NCBI GenBank assembly: GCA_965214935.1
Contig: CBDCCS010000001.1
Location: 64,001 to 128,000, forward strand
DNA length: 64,000 bases
Reading direction: 5' to 3'
Source of the DNA: Candidatus Velthaea sp.
GTDB taxonomy: Bacteria; Vulcanimicrobiota; Vulcanimicrobiia; Vulcanimicrobiales; Vulcanimicrobiaceae
Shown piece by piece: positions 40,264-50,002 of the stretch. The notes beneath the pieces were generated by a model that worked only from the letters and a program-made list of their open reading frames with translations, searched no databases and was not told the DNA's origin. Positions within the stretch are counted from its first letter, which is position 1; each line of letters opens with the position of its first letter. The translations under genes and the position numbers were made by a program.

Positions 40264-41564
40264 ACCTGAACGAGGTAACTTGTCCATAGCCGCACGGCAT
40301 TCGGATCGGGAAACACGGTAAGTAAGGTTGCGTTGTCGGCAGTTGTAATGTCCAGCATCTGCGTATAGGCAGCTACGCGCGCTTCGGTTGAACTCTGTTC
40401 ACGAATAAATGCACCGGCATTTGCTACGCCAAACGCTCCAATGAAGATGATGAGCGAAACCTCTGCGGCGATGCGTACACGAACCGTACGCCAAAGTTCG
40501 TTGCTGCCCGGTAAGCAAACACATAACGCACCAAGAGTACCAATCCAAAATAGTGATGAGACCGTAACATAACGACTTGCAAATGCCTGTTCGATGCCGA
40601 ACCCGAGTCGCCCGACCGCCGTCATTAGAGCGGCAACTGCGCTAAATACAGCGATACCTAACCATGGAACGCTGTTATTGCGGCACGTCGTGCTTTCATC
40701 GCGGCGCCGGAACGTCAGTATACATGCAACAGCAAACAGCGCGACGATAGCAAGTCCGAACGGAATGACGGCCAGCGGATTGCTGGAAACGGCGAAAGGC
40801 GCGCCTAGATACGTTAATACGTACTCGCAAAAACCTAGCGGATCTGTAAGGAACGACCACGGATTAGGGTGATATAACGGCTTCACATAACCATCGAGGT
40901 AAAGACCAAACGTGACGATCGCGCTTCCGATCCACGGAACGATGCGACGAAGGGAAAACGGACGTAACGCTACGATGACAAAAGCACCCGATATCCAAGC
41001 GTCCAGACCGGACGACAGTGAAAACGAAGCCACTACCGCGCACGCGACGGCGCCACAAAAAGCAGGCGCGCCACGCATGGACAAAAGCACTACGACAGCA
41101 ACGGCGCAAAGATTAACGAGGAACCAGGCGAGTTGAAAGCCGGTTGCCCAATTTTCATACTGGGTGATCGAAAACGTTAAGAGCGATGCTGCAAGAAAAA
41201 AAACGGCATTACGTTCCGGTAGCGTGCGCCGCATTAAGGCGACGAGTAATGCGAGCGTGAGCAAGCCGAGAACCAGGTTTATTATAATCTCGCGAACGAC
41301 ATTGTATCCGCCGAGATGCTCGAGCACAATCATGATGAGTGACGGGAATAGAATGCGATGTTCGTTATGCTGCACCCAGAAGTCCGAGAACGTTAAGCCC
41401 GCCGTATGCTCTTTATAGATGAGTAACACCCACGACCACTCATCACCGACCGGCAGATTCACCGAGTCTCTCAGGACGAGAACGCCGAGTATCACCGGCA
41501 CCAGCAATCCGATGATGGTGTTAACTCGCTCGTACGCCTGAGTCTTGCCCCCGTGCATAGTCAC
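40242..41564 (-). CDS. Polytopic membrane protein, probable GT-C glycosyltransferase
   Basis: About 11 TM helices; first-loop PVGDEW and QHNEHR; late SRY motif; visibly AT-richer than neighbours. Confidence 0.7.
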   Translation of the reverse strand: MTMHGGKTQAYERVNTIIGLLVPVILGVLVLRDSVNLPVGDEWSWVLLIYKEHTAGLTFSDFWVQHNEHRILFPSLIMIVLEHLGGYNVVREIIINLVLGLLTLALLVALMRRTLPERNAVFFLAASLLTFSITQYENWATGFQLAWFLVNLCAVAVVVLLSMRGAPAFCGAVACAVVASFSLSSGLDAWISGAFVIVALRPFSLRRIVPWIGSAIVTFGLYLDGYVKPLYHPNPWSFLTDPLGFCEYVLTYLGAPFAVSSNPLAVIPFGLAIVALFAVACILTFRRRDESTTCRNNSVPWLGIAVFSAVAALMTAVGRLGFGIEQAFASRYVTVSSLFWIGTLGALCVCLPGSNELWRTVRVRIAAEVSLIIFIGAFGVANAGAFIREQSSTEARVAAYTQMLDITTADNATLLTVFPDPNAVRLWTSYLVQVHVGPFR

Positions 41565-41829
41565 CCACTACGCCTCTGCGAAAGCATTGTCATGTTGCCT
41601 ACGCCGTCCGTATTGGGGCGAGTTTGATCGGTCGACTGTATAACTGCACTGCAAATTTTAACGCTAGCGATCGGCTCGTTGCAATCCACTTTTAACGTTT
41701 CGTTATGCAAAATGATAGCGAGTCGCTCGTTGTGTATCGCGGTCCGGCTGCAGCGCGATCGGTCAAATCTCCAAATAAGGCGTAAAGGGTTAGGAGTGTC
41801 AACTGAAATGCAGATCGTTTGCAACGAAT

Positions 41830-42426
41830 TTAACGCTTGGGATTGTGAAACGCGCGTTCCGTGCTCGAACATGGCGTACCGGCGACACTGACGCTTAGCG
41901 GCCGGGTCAAATAGATACTGCTGCTGTCGTTACTTACAATGCCCAGACCAAGCGTATGGAAACCAGCGCTTAGCGTCGATGCGCTAAGCGTAGCGTCGAA
42001 ACCGGAGCGCGCTAAGCCGGCCCGGTGGTACGCCGCCCCGACATCGGGACGAGCCAAGCCGGAAGACGCGCGAAAATAGCGTTCACCGTCGACGATTGTA
42101 ACGACGCCGGCCGCGGGCTGCATGCTGCCGGCGTCAAACGCCCAGCCGACGAAGCGGACATCGGCGTGACCGTCGATGAGATATCGTCCTCCCGCACCAA
42201 GCTTCACGGCCCGTCCGTTCTGTTGCACGCTGTCGATGCTCGAGAGCGTGGTGCCCTCGGCAACCGGCAAATCTTCGGCGAGAACCAAATGCGGCGCTGC
42301 GGGATGGATGCGTGACGTAAGCGCTACGACGATCGCGATAACAGAAAGTAACGCAATGATCGGAATGGCGACGATCGTGAGTATGCGTTCGCGCGGCCGG
42401 CGCGGCTGTGCGGTACGGCCGATCAC
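41830..42426 (-). CDS. Membrane-anchored protein with GWA..RPDV Ig-like domain
   Basis: N-terminal TM; FVGWAFD...RPDVG...SGF...GFH. Confidence 0.7.
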   Translation of the reverse strand: MIGRTAQPRRPRERILTIVAIPIIALLSVIAIVVALTSRIHPAAPHLVLAEDLPVAEGTTLSSIDSVQQNGRAVKLGAGGRYLIDGHADVRFVGWAFDAGSMQPAAGVVTIVDGERYFRASSGLARPDVGAAYHRAGLARSGFDATLSASTLSAGFHTLGLGIVSNDSSSIYLTRPLSVSVAGTPCSSTERAFHNPKR

Positions 42427-44501
42427 TTGACTAGCACGATGGTTCGCGAAGCGGGTACTGCATAATAGCCGATCGCCGGCGCATCGATAACGTGCAAACC
42501 GATCTGGTGCCGCCCTTCCGGCAAACCTTGCGTGCCGATCGTTCCGGAGAAGCCGACGCTCGTCATCTGCTGACCGTAAGCGGCAGCCACGTCGGGGCGC
42601 AGCAAACCGTAATTCGCTCGTAGCACGACGCGATCGTCGATCGTCACGAACACGGCTGCTGCGGGCAGACGGGTATCTGCATCGGCGGCCCAGCCCCGGA
42701 CGTAGAGGGGCGCGCCGGCGCGGGCATAGACCGGCGGATTTGGTCCACTCGCCGGTTGGCGGGCGCCGTCGCCGGGCAACGCCGGTGCGACTTCGTCTAT
42801 GACGGCTAGGCCGGGGCGGTTCAAAGCAACGATGTGTTTGGGTATCAACGTCGCGACCGACCGGTCATAATACCGGTCACGGATCGTTGCGCCGGCATAC
42901 GCGCTCCCGGCAAGCGCGAAGACCACGAAGAAGGCCAGCATGAAGGTCGACAGACGCTGCGCCGATTTCGGAACGCGCAGCATGGCCGGCGCTTCGCGGA
43001 CCGCAACGAGCAACGCCGCGGCCATGAACGGTATCCAGTTCCGGCCTTGTGCGCCGAAGGTATTGTCATAGACGACATACATCGACAGCATGAGGACGGA
43101 GAAGGCGAGGTAGCTATTGAGAATCGGGTTGCCGCACAAAGCGCGAGCCGCCAGGTAGAGGCGGCCGCGGCGGGCGAGCGAGACGATCGACCGTAAGCGC
43201 CGGACGACAACGATTGCGAGCGCAACGATTACCGCTACCGTCGTCCAGTCGGTCAGCTTCGCCAGCGCTTGTTCGGTCGGCACATTTCCGATCACTAGCG
43301 GGGCATCAAGCCAACCGAATACACCCCAGTACGAAACTTGCGTACTACCGCCGTTGAAGTAATCGTCGAAAGCACGAACGCTGCGGTCAACGAGATATTG
43401 CGGGACGGTCCCGGTTGCGCGGGCAGCCGCCAGTGAAGCGGTGTTGATGAAGCGGATGCCCGGTAGAGAGTCCGTATGAGATTTGTGCACGATCGCGGTG
43501 TTGAGCGCAAACGCAGCGATCGTCGGCACAAACACGGCGCACAAAACCGCCGGCCAGCGCCGCTGCCAAGCTCGCAGCCCCCAGCGCTCGACGGCAATGA
43601 AGGCGGCGATCGGAACGACAAGTGCGACGGCGAACTGAATTTTGGTCAGCATCAGCGCGGCCAGCAACAGACCGGTGCAGATGACGAGCGGCATCGTCGC
43701 GCCGCGGTTCTTCATGCGCGTCGTTATGTAAAAGCACATTGCAACGAGCGTGAAACTCAAATTATCGGGCTGGACGTATGAAGAGACGAACGTGACCATC
43801 GGAAACGCACCGATGGCGAACGTCAGAAGCAGCGAGCGACATACGCCGACGGCAAGCCCGCGGAACGTCCAGTATGTGAAACCGAGGGAAAGACAAAGCA
43901 GACCCACGGAAAACAATCGGGCTGCAAAGAACTGGCCGGTCAGCGAATGCAACTCGGTAGAGATCACCCGGACCCAGAGCGCGGCGGCGGCGTAGAATCC
44001 GAACGGATACACCGTGATGAGCCAGGGTACCGGATGATCGGGAACATCGTAATACTGCTGCGCGATCGCCGGTGCATGGGTGTTGATCCGAATCTTATAC
44101 GCGGGCGTCGCATAATCAGCGGGCACGTGATTTTCGGGATGGAACGCAATGCGATTCGTTTCGACCGCTGCACTCAAGTACTTAATATCCGGATCGGCAA
44201 TTTCTGCGCTAATACCGTCGTCGGCGCGCAAGAGATGCCCGGCATGGGCGAGCGAGAAGACGTAATCACTGTGAGCAGGTTCGTCCGGCGACTGAAAGAT
44301 CGGAACGGCAAAAACCCAAAATATCGCGAGCGCCGCAGCCGAACAGATCGTTCCGATCAGCGAGGTCCATTCAAGCACGTCGCTTAGGACGTCCCGCGTC
44401 GCTTTCGCGAGCCTCTGCTGCGGCAATTCTTGGATTTCAAGGGCCGGCTCAGAGCGGAGAATGCTGGTCGATTCCTTCCTTTGCGGACGCGGGACCAGCA
44501 C
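42423..44501 (-). CDS. DUF2142-like GT-C membrane protein with C-terminal Ig-like domain
   Basis: P.FQSPDEPAH, ARLFS, SYWGVFGW, QGR motifs; C-terminal GWAAD...RPDV...GF. Confidence 0.75.
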   Translation of the reverse strand: MLVPRPQRKESTSILRSEPALEIQELPQQRLAKATRDVLSDVLEWTSLIGTICSAAALAIFWVFAVPIFQSPDEPAHSDYVFSLAHAGHLLRADDGISAEIADPDIKYLSAAVETNRIAFHPENHVPADYATPAYKIRINTHAPAIAQQYYDVPDHPVPWLITVYPFGFYAAAALWVRVISTELHSLTGQFFAARLFSVGLLCLSLGFTYWTFRGLAVGVCRSLLLTFAIGAFPMVTFVSSYVQPDNLSFTLVAMCFYITTRMKNRGATMPLVICTGLLLAALMLTKIQFAVALVVPIAAFIAVERWGLRAWQRRWPAVLCAVFVPTIAAFALNTAIVHKSHTDSLPGIRFINTASLAAARATGTVPQYLVDRSVRAFDDYFNGGSTQVSYWGVFGWLDAPLVIGNVPTEQALAKLTDWTTVAVIVALAIVVVRRLRSIVSLARRGRLYLAARALCGNPILNSYLAFSVLMLSMYVVYDNTFGAQGRNWIPFMAAALLVAVREAPAMLRVPKSAQRLSTFMLAFFVVFALAGSAYAGATIRDRYYDRSVATLIPKHIVALNRPGLAVIDEVAPALPGDGARQPASGPNPPVYARAGAPLYVRGWAADADTRLPAAAVFVTIDDRVVLRANYGLLRPDVAAAYGQQMTSVGFSGTIGTQGLPEGRHQIGLHVIDAPAIGYYAVPASRTIVLVK

Positions 44502-45679
44502 TAACGGTCGCGCTCGGTCCGGTACGCGTAAAATAGACGCCGTTCGGCTATAAGATTCCGCTTGTCCACCTGAAAGGGAAAGCCGCCCGTCCAGCTTGAC
44601 GGGACAGCCTCAATTGCAAAGAGCTGGTTTCCGGTCGGAAACTCAAGCGAGCCGAGCAGCGTACCGGCGGCGCAATCAACGGCGTGTACCGCACAGCGGC
44701 TACTATCGACGTCAAGGCCGGGCGCGTAATGCCGAAAACGCGGGATGACACGCGACGTCCCGGCAAAGGCAATGTTGTCGACGAAGGTGAGACCACGGGT
44801 CCACCCGGGCAGCCGTGCAACGACGTCATAGCCATTTGCTTCGGCCGCGACGGCAAGTTCACCATAGCCGCTGTTGTCGACCCACACGCGGCCGTCATGC
44901 AGGCGCGCAGAGTGCGGACGGGTCAACCCGCGCATCATCGGTTCGCCGGTTGCGCCGGCGAACACGACACCCAAGCGGTCAACGGGATACTCTAAGTGTC
45001 CGGGCGGAAAGGCGGCCGGCTCCGCCCCACTGGCCGAAAAGAACGACGTATCGAGCGTCGGTCCGGCTGCAATCGAGTTGAGTTGAATGAGATTCTGACC
45101 GGTGTCCGGCACGCCGTCGCGCTCGACTGACTTCGGCCACCACGCGATCGCCGCGCCGCGCTCGCCGTCGATTCGGACCACCGCATTCTGGCCGACGGAA
45201 TTGGCGTGCAGAACCGAACCGATACAAGCAAGATCGTGAATGTAAAAGCAGCCGGGTAAGTACCGGGTGGCGACCGGGACGAGCGGACGGTATGCGATGT
45301 CGGCCGCTTCGTTGTCGCGGCGTTCCAATGTGCCGGTAACGGGAGCCAGAGAATAGACTTGGTTTGGATTGCGCGTCGAGGCCAGATGCAAAATGCCGGC
45401 GGTCGTGTCGAACGCCAACCCCGATGGATGCGGGACGCGCATGTACGAAACGCGCGGAACACCGTCCGAACACGAGACGGCGAGCACGAGATGCTCGTAC
45501 TCGCGCGTCACAATGATCGTAACGGCAAGTTGTTCGAGCACATCCCAAAAACGACCGGTAGACGTGAACTCGAACATCCCGGCGTCGACCGGCGCAAATT
45601 CGCTCCACTGGGCGGCGATCGTTAACGGATCTCGCCACTCTTCGGCATGCCTAGCAAAGCGGTGTTCGTCGGCGCTCAA
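44501..45679 (-). CDS. TIGR03032/DUF4915 family beta-propeller-like protein
   Basis: YIHDL, W.P, QLNS, RPHSAR, PGWTRGL and GTS motifs. Confidence 0.75.
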   Translation of the reverse strand: MSADEHRFARHAEEWRDPLTIAAQWSEFAPVDAGMFEFTSTGRFWDVLEQLAVTIIVTREYEHLVLAVSCSDGVPRVSYMRVPHPSGLAFDTTAGILHLASTRNPNQVYSLAPVTGTLERRDNEAADIAYRPLVPVATRYLPGCFYIHDLACIGSVLHANSVGQNAVVRIDGERGAAIAWWPKSVERDGVPDTGQNLIQLNSIAAGPTLDTSFFSASGAEPAAFPPGHLEYPVDRLGVVFAGATGEPMMRGLTRPHSARLHDGRVWVDNSGYGELAVAAEANGYDVVARLPGWTRGLTFVDNIAFAGTSRVIPRFRHYAPGLDVDSSRCAVHAVDCAAGTLLGSLEFPTGNQLFAIEAVPSSWTGGFPFQVDKRNLIAERRLFYAYRTERDR

Positions 45680-46371
45680 CGCCCGCGGCCGGCTCGAGCT
45701 AGCCGAACGGCGCCGATATACATTTTAAACGCCGAGCGGTAATTCGTCGTCGACTTGCCCCCGTGCCGGCGGGTCGAAAAGATCGGTATTTCGATCATCG
45801 GATATTCGTTGCGGCGACAGATGGCGTTGAACTCGGCGTCGATGAGATCGTCGTCGGACTGGAGTGCGAGCAGCGGGGCGTATTGTTTGGGAAAAACTTT
45901 GGGCGTTCCGTTGACGTCCCACGCGGATAAGTCGAACAACAGCCGGCACTCGAGGTTGTAAAGGAGAGAACCAAGACGCCGGGTGACGCTCTCGCGTATG
46001 CGCCGGTTCGCTTTGACGATCGTCTCAGGAAAACTGCGGGCGTAAAGGAGCGCGAGCACCAGTTCGCGATCGGTCGTGCGCGCAGAATTGGTGTAACAAA
46101 TCAGGTCACCGTTCGCTTCGGCAATACCGCGCTTGACGGCGCGGCCCCAGCCGCCCAGTGCCTCTTCATACACGGCGACGTGCCCGTTTGCTCGGGCAAG
46201 CGTATCGCATGCCGCCCGCGAACCGTCGCGCGGTGAGCCGTTGACGACGAGGACGATCTCGAATCGTAGACCGGCTCGCGACAAAGCCGCGTCGTAGCCG
46301 TTGACGATCTCGGCAATATGATCGGCTTGTTTGTAAACCGGCAAGACGATCGAGACGAGCAGATCGTTCAA
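45676..46371 (-). CDS. GT2 glycosyltransferase (short, atypical motifs)
   Basis: SIVLPVY, VVNGS..DGS, GWG.AV..G, DVN...KVF; the DxD position reads NSA. Confidence 0.8.
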   Translation of the reverse strand: MNDLLVSIVLPVYKQADHIAEIVNGYDAALSRAGLRFEIVLVVNGSPRDGSRAACDTLARANGHVAVYEEALGGWGRAVKRGIAEANGDLICYTNSARTTDRELVLALLYARSFPETIVKANRRIRESVTRRLGSLLYNLECRLLFDLSAWDVNGTPKVFPKQYAPLLALQSDDDLIDAEFNAICRRNEYPMIEIPIFSTRRHGGKSTTNYRSAFKMYIGAVRLARAGRGR

Positions 46372-47300
46372 ACAATTTCGCGCGAGCAGAGCGCTACGGC
46401 GACATCGACAATCGATTCGGCGTCTATTTTACTACGTCGATTGTAGAACGATTGACTGCCGCTCTTTCCATCCGGTTTTTCGCGGACACCGCAACGCACG
46501 AGCGTTGAGCCGCTGCCGCACTCGGCGATCGTTTCGGCAACGAGCGATCCGAGTGCGCCGTCGACGACTTGCGCTTCGACGCTCACGATGCGGCGATTGT
46601 GCGTAACGAGCTCGCGCAGATCGTCGACCGGTGAAGGGTTGAACGACGAAACGATCGCGACGGTCGCAGTCATTCCGTGTTCGCGCAACAACGTTTCGCT
46701 CGCACGAACGACGTCATGCGATGCCGTGCCCATCGTTACGAACAATACATCAGATCCGGTGCGCACGATCTCGACACGCCCGAGCCGAAAACGGCCGTTC
46801 AGACCGGCGACGGTATTCGAGTCGTCTTTTCCCAAGCGATAATAGATGGGGCCGGGCAAATCGGCGGTATCGACGAGCGCCGTGCGCGCCTGCTCGAAGT
46901 CCGCGGGCGAAACGATCGTCAGCCCGCGCTGCGGACGTAGCGACGCGGCATCATCGATGCCATGGTGCGTCGGCCCGGCGTAACCGTATTCGTAGCCGGC
47001 CCCCATTCCCACGATGCGCACGGGCAAATGATGGAGGACCGGACCATTACGGATGAACTCAAACGGTCGCAACGACGCAAAGGTGATGATCGAGTAACAA
47101 TACGGACGATATCCCGCCTCCGCGAGTCCGGTTGCAACGCCGAGCATGTTCTGTTCGGCGACGCCGATATTATAAAACTGACCGGGCAACGCATTGGAGA
47201 AAGGCTCGAGCGCCATAAAGCCGAGATCGGCCGTCAGCAGCAAAACGCGCTTATCGCGCAATCCCATCTCCGTAACGGTTTTGGCAAAGGTCGCTCTCAC
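46368..47300 (-). CDS. Transketolase-like, C-terminal (Pyr + C) subunit
   Basis: LTADLG, NIGVAEQNM, GPTHH, P.YYRL; GTG at 47300 overlaps the upstream stop. Confidence 0.9.
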   Translation of the reverse strand: MRATFAKTVTEMGLRDKRVLLLTADLGFMALEPFSNALPGQFYNIGVAEQNMLGVATGLAEAGYRPYCYSIITFASLRPFEFIRNGPVLHHLPVRIVGMGAGYEYGYAGPTHHGIDDAASLRPQRGLTIVSPADFEQARTALVDTADLPGPIYYRLGKDDSNTVAGLNGRFRLGRVEIVRTGSDVLFVTMGTASHDVVRASETLLREHGMTATVAIVSSFNPSPVDDLRELVTHNRRIVSVEAQVVDGALGSLVAETIAECGSGSTLVRCGVREKPDGKSGSQSFYNRRSKIDAESIVDVAVALCSREIV

Positions 47301-48106
47301 GTGTTGCGCACTTCGTCTAGCGCCGCCGCAAACTGCTCGTCGTTCATCGGCAAATAATGCCATTTGATCTGGTTGTGCATGTACGACACGCCCTTGCCGA
47401 ACACGGTTTTCGCGATGATGACGCGCGGACGGCCGAGCGCCGGTGCATTTGCCGCGGCTGCAAGCGCATCAAGATCGTGACCGTCGCACTCAACGGCGTC
47501 CCAGCCGAAAGCAGCAAAGCGCTCGGCGGCATTAGGTATATCGATGACGTCACGCGTGTAACCCAAGGCTTGCTGTCCGTTCGAGTCGACGAACGCGCAG
47601 AGCCGGTCCAGCTTCTGCTGCGCGGCAAACATGACGGCTTCCCAGGTCGAACCTTCATTGAGTTCCGCATCGCTCAAAATGATGAACGTACGCCGATCCG
47701 ATCCATCACGCCGCGCCGCGAGCGCAGCACCGGCCGCCATCGATAGCCCTTGCCCAAGTGACCCCGTGCAGAAATCAACCCCGCGCAAAATATGCTCGGG
47801 ATGAACGCCGAGCATCGAGTCGTTTGCGCAATACGTAGCGAGTTGCTCGGGTTCGATCCAACCACGCAGCGCAAGCGCGGCGTAAAGCGCCAAGGCCGCA
47901 TGCCCTTTGCTGAGCACGACGCGGTCGCGATCCGCATCTTCGGGAGATTCGAGCCGAATTAAGCGCCCGTAGATGACGCTTATGATATCGGCGACCGACA
48001 GCGCCGAACCGATATGTCCGACGTGCGCGCGCTGCGATTGCTCCAAGATAATTTCGCGAATACGCCGGCTCGATACGTCAGCTGCAAAGGTCGTCGACTC
48101 AATCAT
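47297..48106 (-). CDS. Transketolase-like, N-terminal ThDP-binding subunit
   Basis: GHIGSALS, LSKGHA, TGSLGQG, SDAELNEGS.WEA...DSN, WHY. Confidence 0.92.
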   Translation of the reverse strand: MIESTTFAADVSSRRIREIILEQSQRAHVGHIGSALSVADIISVIYGRLIRLESPEDADRDRVVLSKGHAALALYAALALRGWIEPEQLATYCANDSMLGVHPEHILRGVDFCTGSLGQGLSMAAGAALAARRDGSDRRTFIILSDAELNEGSTWEAVMFAAQQKLDRLCAFVDSNGQQALGYTRDVIDIPNAAERFAAFGWDAVECDGHDLDALAAAANAPALGRPRVIIAKTVFGKGVSYMHNQIKWHYLPMNDEQFAAALDEVRNT

Positions 48107-49065
48107 TGCGGCAATGCCTTCGAGCGCTCGTAGAAAGATAACTGCGCGGCCGATGCAGTCAACCAGGCGGCAGTTCGTGCGAAGCCCTCGGCGAATCCGA
48201 TCTTCGCACGCCAGCCCGTTTGCGCTTCGATGCGCCGGACATTTGCAATCCAGATGTCCGTATCCCAGCTTTTTCGCGCCATCGAGCCCCAGCGCGGAGC
48301 TTCGTCGATTGCAAAGCGCTTGCGTACCACATCGACGACGTCGGTCATCGACGTTTGCACGCCGGTACCCACATTGTAGACTTCGCCCGACGGAACGTTT
48401 GCTTCCAGAACGGACTCATACGCATCGACCACATCGTCAACGAAAATAAAATCGCGCGCGGTCGAAGGCGAAACGAGCGGCGGCAGCAATCCCTTGTGCG
48501 CTTGCACGATGAGCGTAGGAATAAGCCGGGTCGGCTCCTCGAACGGACCGTACACCGAGTACAGGCGCAGTGTCGTCACGTGAAGCGCCGTTGTTGCAGC
48601 AACGAATTTGCCGTAGTGCGTGGCGGCGACTTTCGTGACGGCGTATAGACTGTTGGGTGCAACGGCTTCGGATTCGTCCGGTGCATGATCTTTATAACCG
48701 TACTCCGATGAACTGCCGGTGTTGATAAATCGCCGTACGCCCGCGGCTCCGGCACAATCCATCAAATTCATTGTGGCTTCGACGTTCGTTCCGACGGCCG
48801 AACGCCGGTCGGCCTGCGTCGCATAAGCCCCATAGGTAGCGAGGTGCAGTACGGCATCCGGCCGGATGCGCGCAAAGACATCCTCCACCGCGCGGCGATC
48901 GGTCAAATCGAGGTTGTGGCGATGGTAACCGTCAAGACCGTTCAATCGCCAGGATTGCGAAGACTGCCGAAGCAGCAGATGGACGTCATCGCCGCGTCGG
49001 ACGAACCGGCGAGCCAGGTTCGCGCCGACAAAACCGGTCGCACCGGTCACGGCGATCACACTCAC
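48103..49065 (-). CDS. NAD-dependent nucleotide-sugar epimerase/reductase
   Basis: TGATGFVG, HLA.YG, GSSSEYG, YAVTK, RDFIFVDD. Confidence 0.9.
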   Translation of the reverse strand: MSVIAVTGATGFVGANLARRFVRRGDDVHLLLRQSSQSWRLNGLDGYHRHNLDLTDRRAVEDVFARIRPDAVLHLATYGAYATQADRRSAVGTNVEATMNLMDCAGAAGVRRFINTGSSSEYGYKDHAPDESEAVAPNSLYAVTKVAATHYGKFVAATTALHVTTLRLYSVYGPFEEPTRLIPTLIVQAHKGLLPPLVSPSTARDFIFVDDVVDAYESVLEANVPSGEVYNVGTGVQTSMTDVVDVVRKRFAIDEAPRWGSMARKSWDTDIWIANVRRIEAQTGWRAKIGFAEGFARTAAWLTASAAQLSFYERSKALPQ

Positions 49066-49066
49066 G

Positions 49067-50002
49067 CTAGGCGTTGCCGTTCAGGAAACGCGCGTAATCA
49101 AAGGCATCGATGTAAACCGATGTTCGCAGCCGCACTTCGTCGCGTTCTGCAGCGGACAATTCGTTCGCCGTCGCGAGGTTGGCTTGCGGCGTTGCTTTAC
49201 GGATCGTGCCCCATGGATACACCTCTTCGAGCACCGTCGAGTTCCACGACGGCGTGCGCAGCGATTCGCTCGTTTGCAATCCGAGCTCGCCGCATAGCTT
49301 GCCCAAGGTGGCAACCGAATCGGCAAGCACGTCCTCGATTCGAATGACGTGAAAGCGACCCGGGAATTTCTGTTGAAATGCCAACGCGTAATATTGATTG
49401 AGATTCCAAGCCAGCGTGTAATGCTCGAGTGAGAGCGGCACCGCGCGCTTCTTCGTGTCAGCGTACGCCGACCACGGGTTACGCACGATATGTAACACAT
49501 GCGCGTCGGGCAAGTCCGTCAGGATTTTGTCGCCGTCGACCCCGATGATCGGGTTGTAACCGACGTACATCTGCTCGTCGCCCGTGCGTTTGAGATCCTT
49601 CCAAGCCTCAAACGTCGCTTCAAAAAACGCCATTACGTTATTCGGCCGCGAGCGTCCGGTCTCGGCAATGATACGCTCGTAGATTTTGCAACGCTCATCA
49701 TCGTTCATATCGAACGGCATATGATTGAACTTGCTGACCCGCGGCGTGCGCGAGCGGACTTTGCCTTCCTCATCGATGATCGCTTTGTAATCTTGGTACG
49801 GCGTTGCATGCAATGCGAACGTCGGCCAGCGATATTTGAGCGGAAACATCGACGATAAGTAGTCGTTCACAAGTGACGTGCCGATTTGTGACTCGAATGG
49901 ATAGACGAACATTTGCCGATGGCCGTCCAGAAACCGATGCGTCGTGTTTCCGCCGTTTTCGTACATCGCGCCGATCATTAAAAGCCGTACGCCGCTAGGC
50001 AT
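49067..50002 (-). CDS. Sulfotransferase-fold protein (atypical PAPS loop)
   Basis: IG...GGNTT.RFLDGH N-terminus, LHIVRNP 3'-PB-like motif, IRIED. Confidence 0.7.
   Translation of the reverse strand: MPSGVRLLMIGAMYENGGNTTHRFLDGHRQMFVYPFESQIGTSLVNDYLSSMFPLKYRWPTFALHATPYQDYKAIIDEEGKVRSRTPRVSKFNHMPFDMNDDERCKIYERIIAETGRSRPNNVMAFFEATFEAWKDLKRTGDEQMYVGYNPIIGVDGDKILTDLPDAHVLHIVRNPWSAYADTKKRAVPLSLEHYTLAWNLNQYYALAFQQKFPGRFHVIRIEDVLADSVATLGKLCGELGLQTSESLRTPSWNSTVLEEVYPWGTIRKATPQANLATANELSAAERDEVRLRTSVYIDAFDYARFLNGNA

Noticed and set aside
46368..48106. Transketolase split as a frameshifted pseudogene
   Set aside because: The halves match the standard two-subunit architecture, with a GTGA start/stop overlap and intact motifs.
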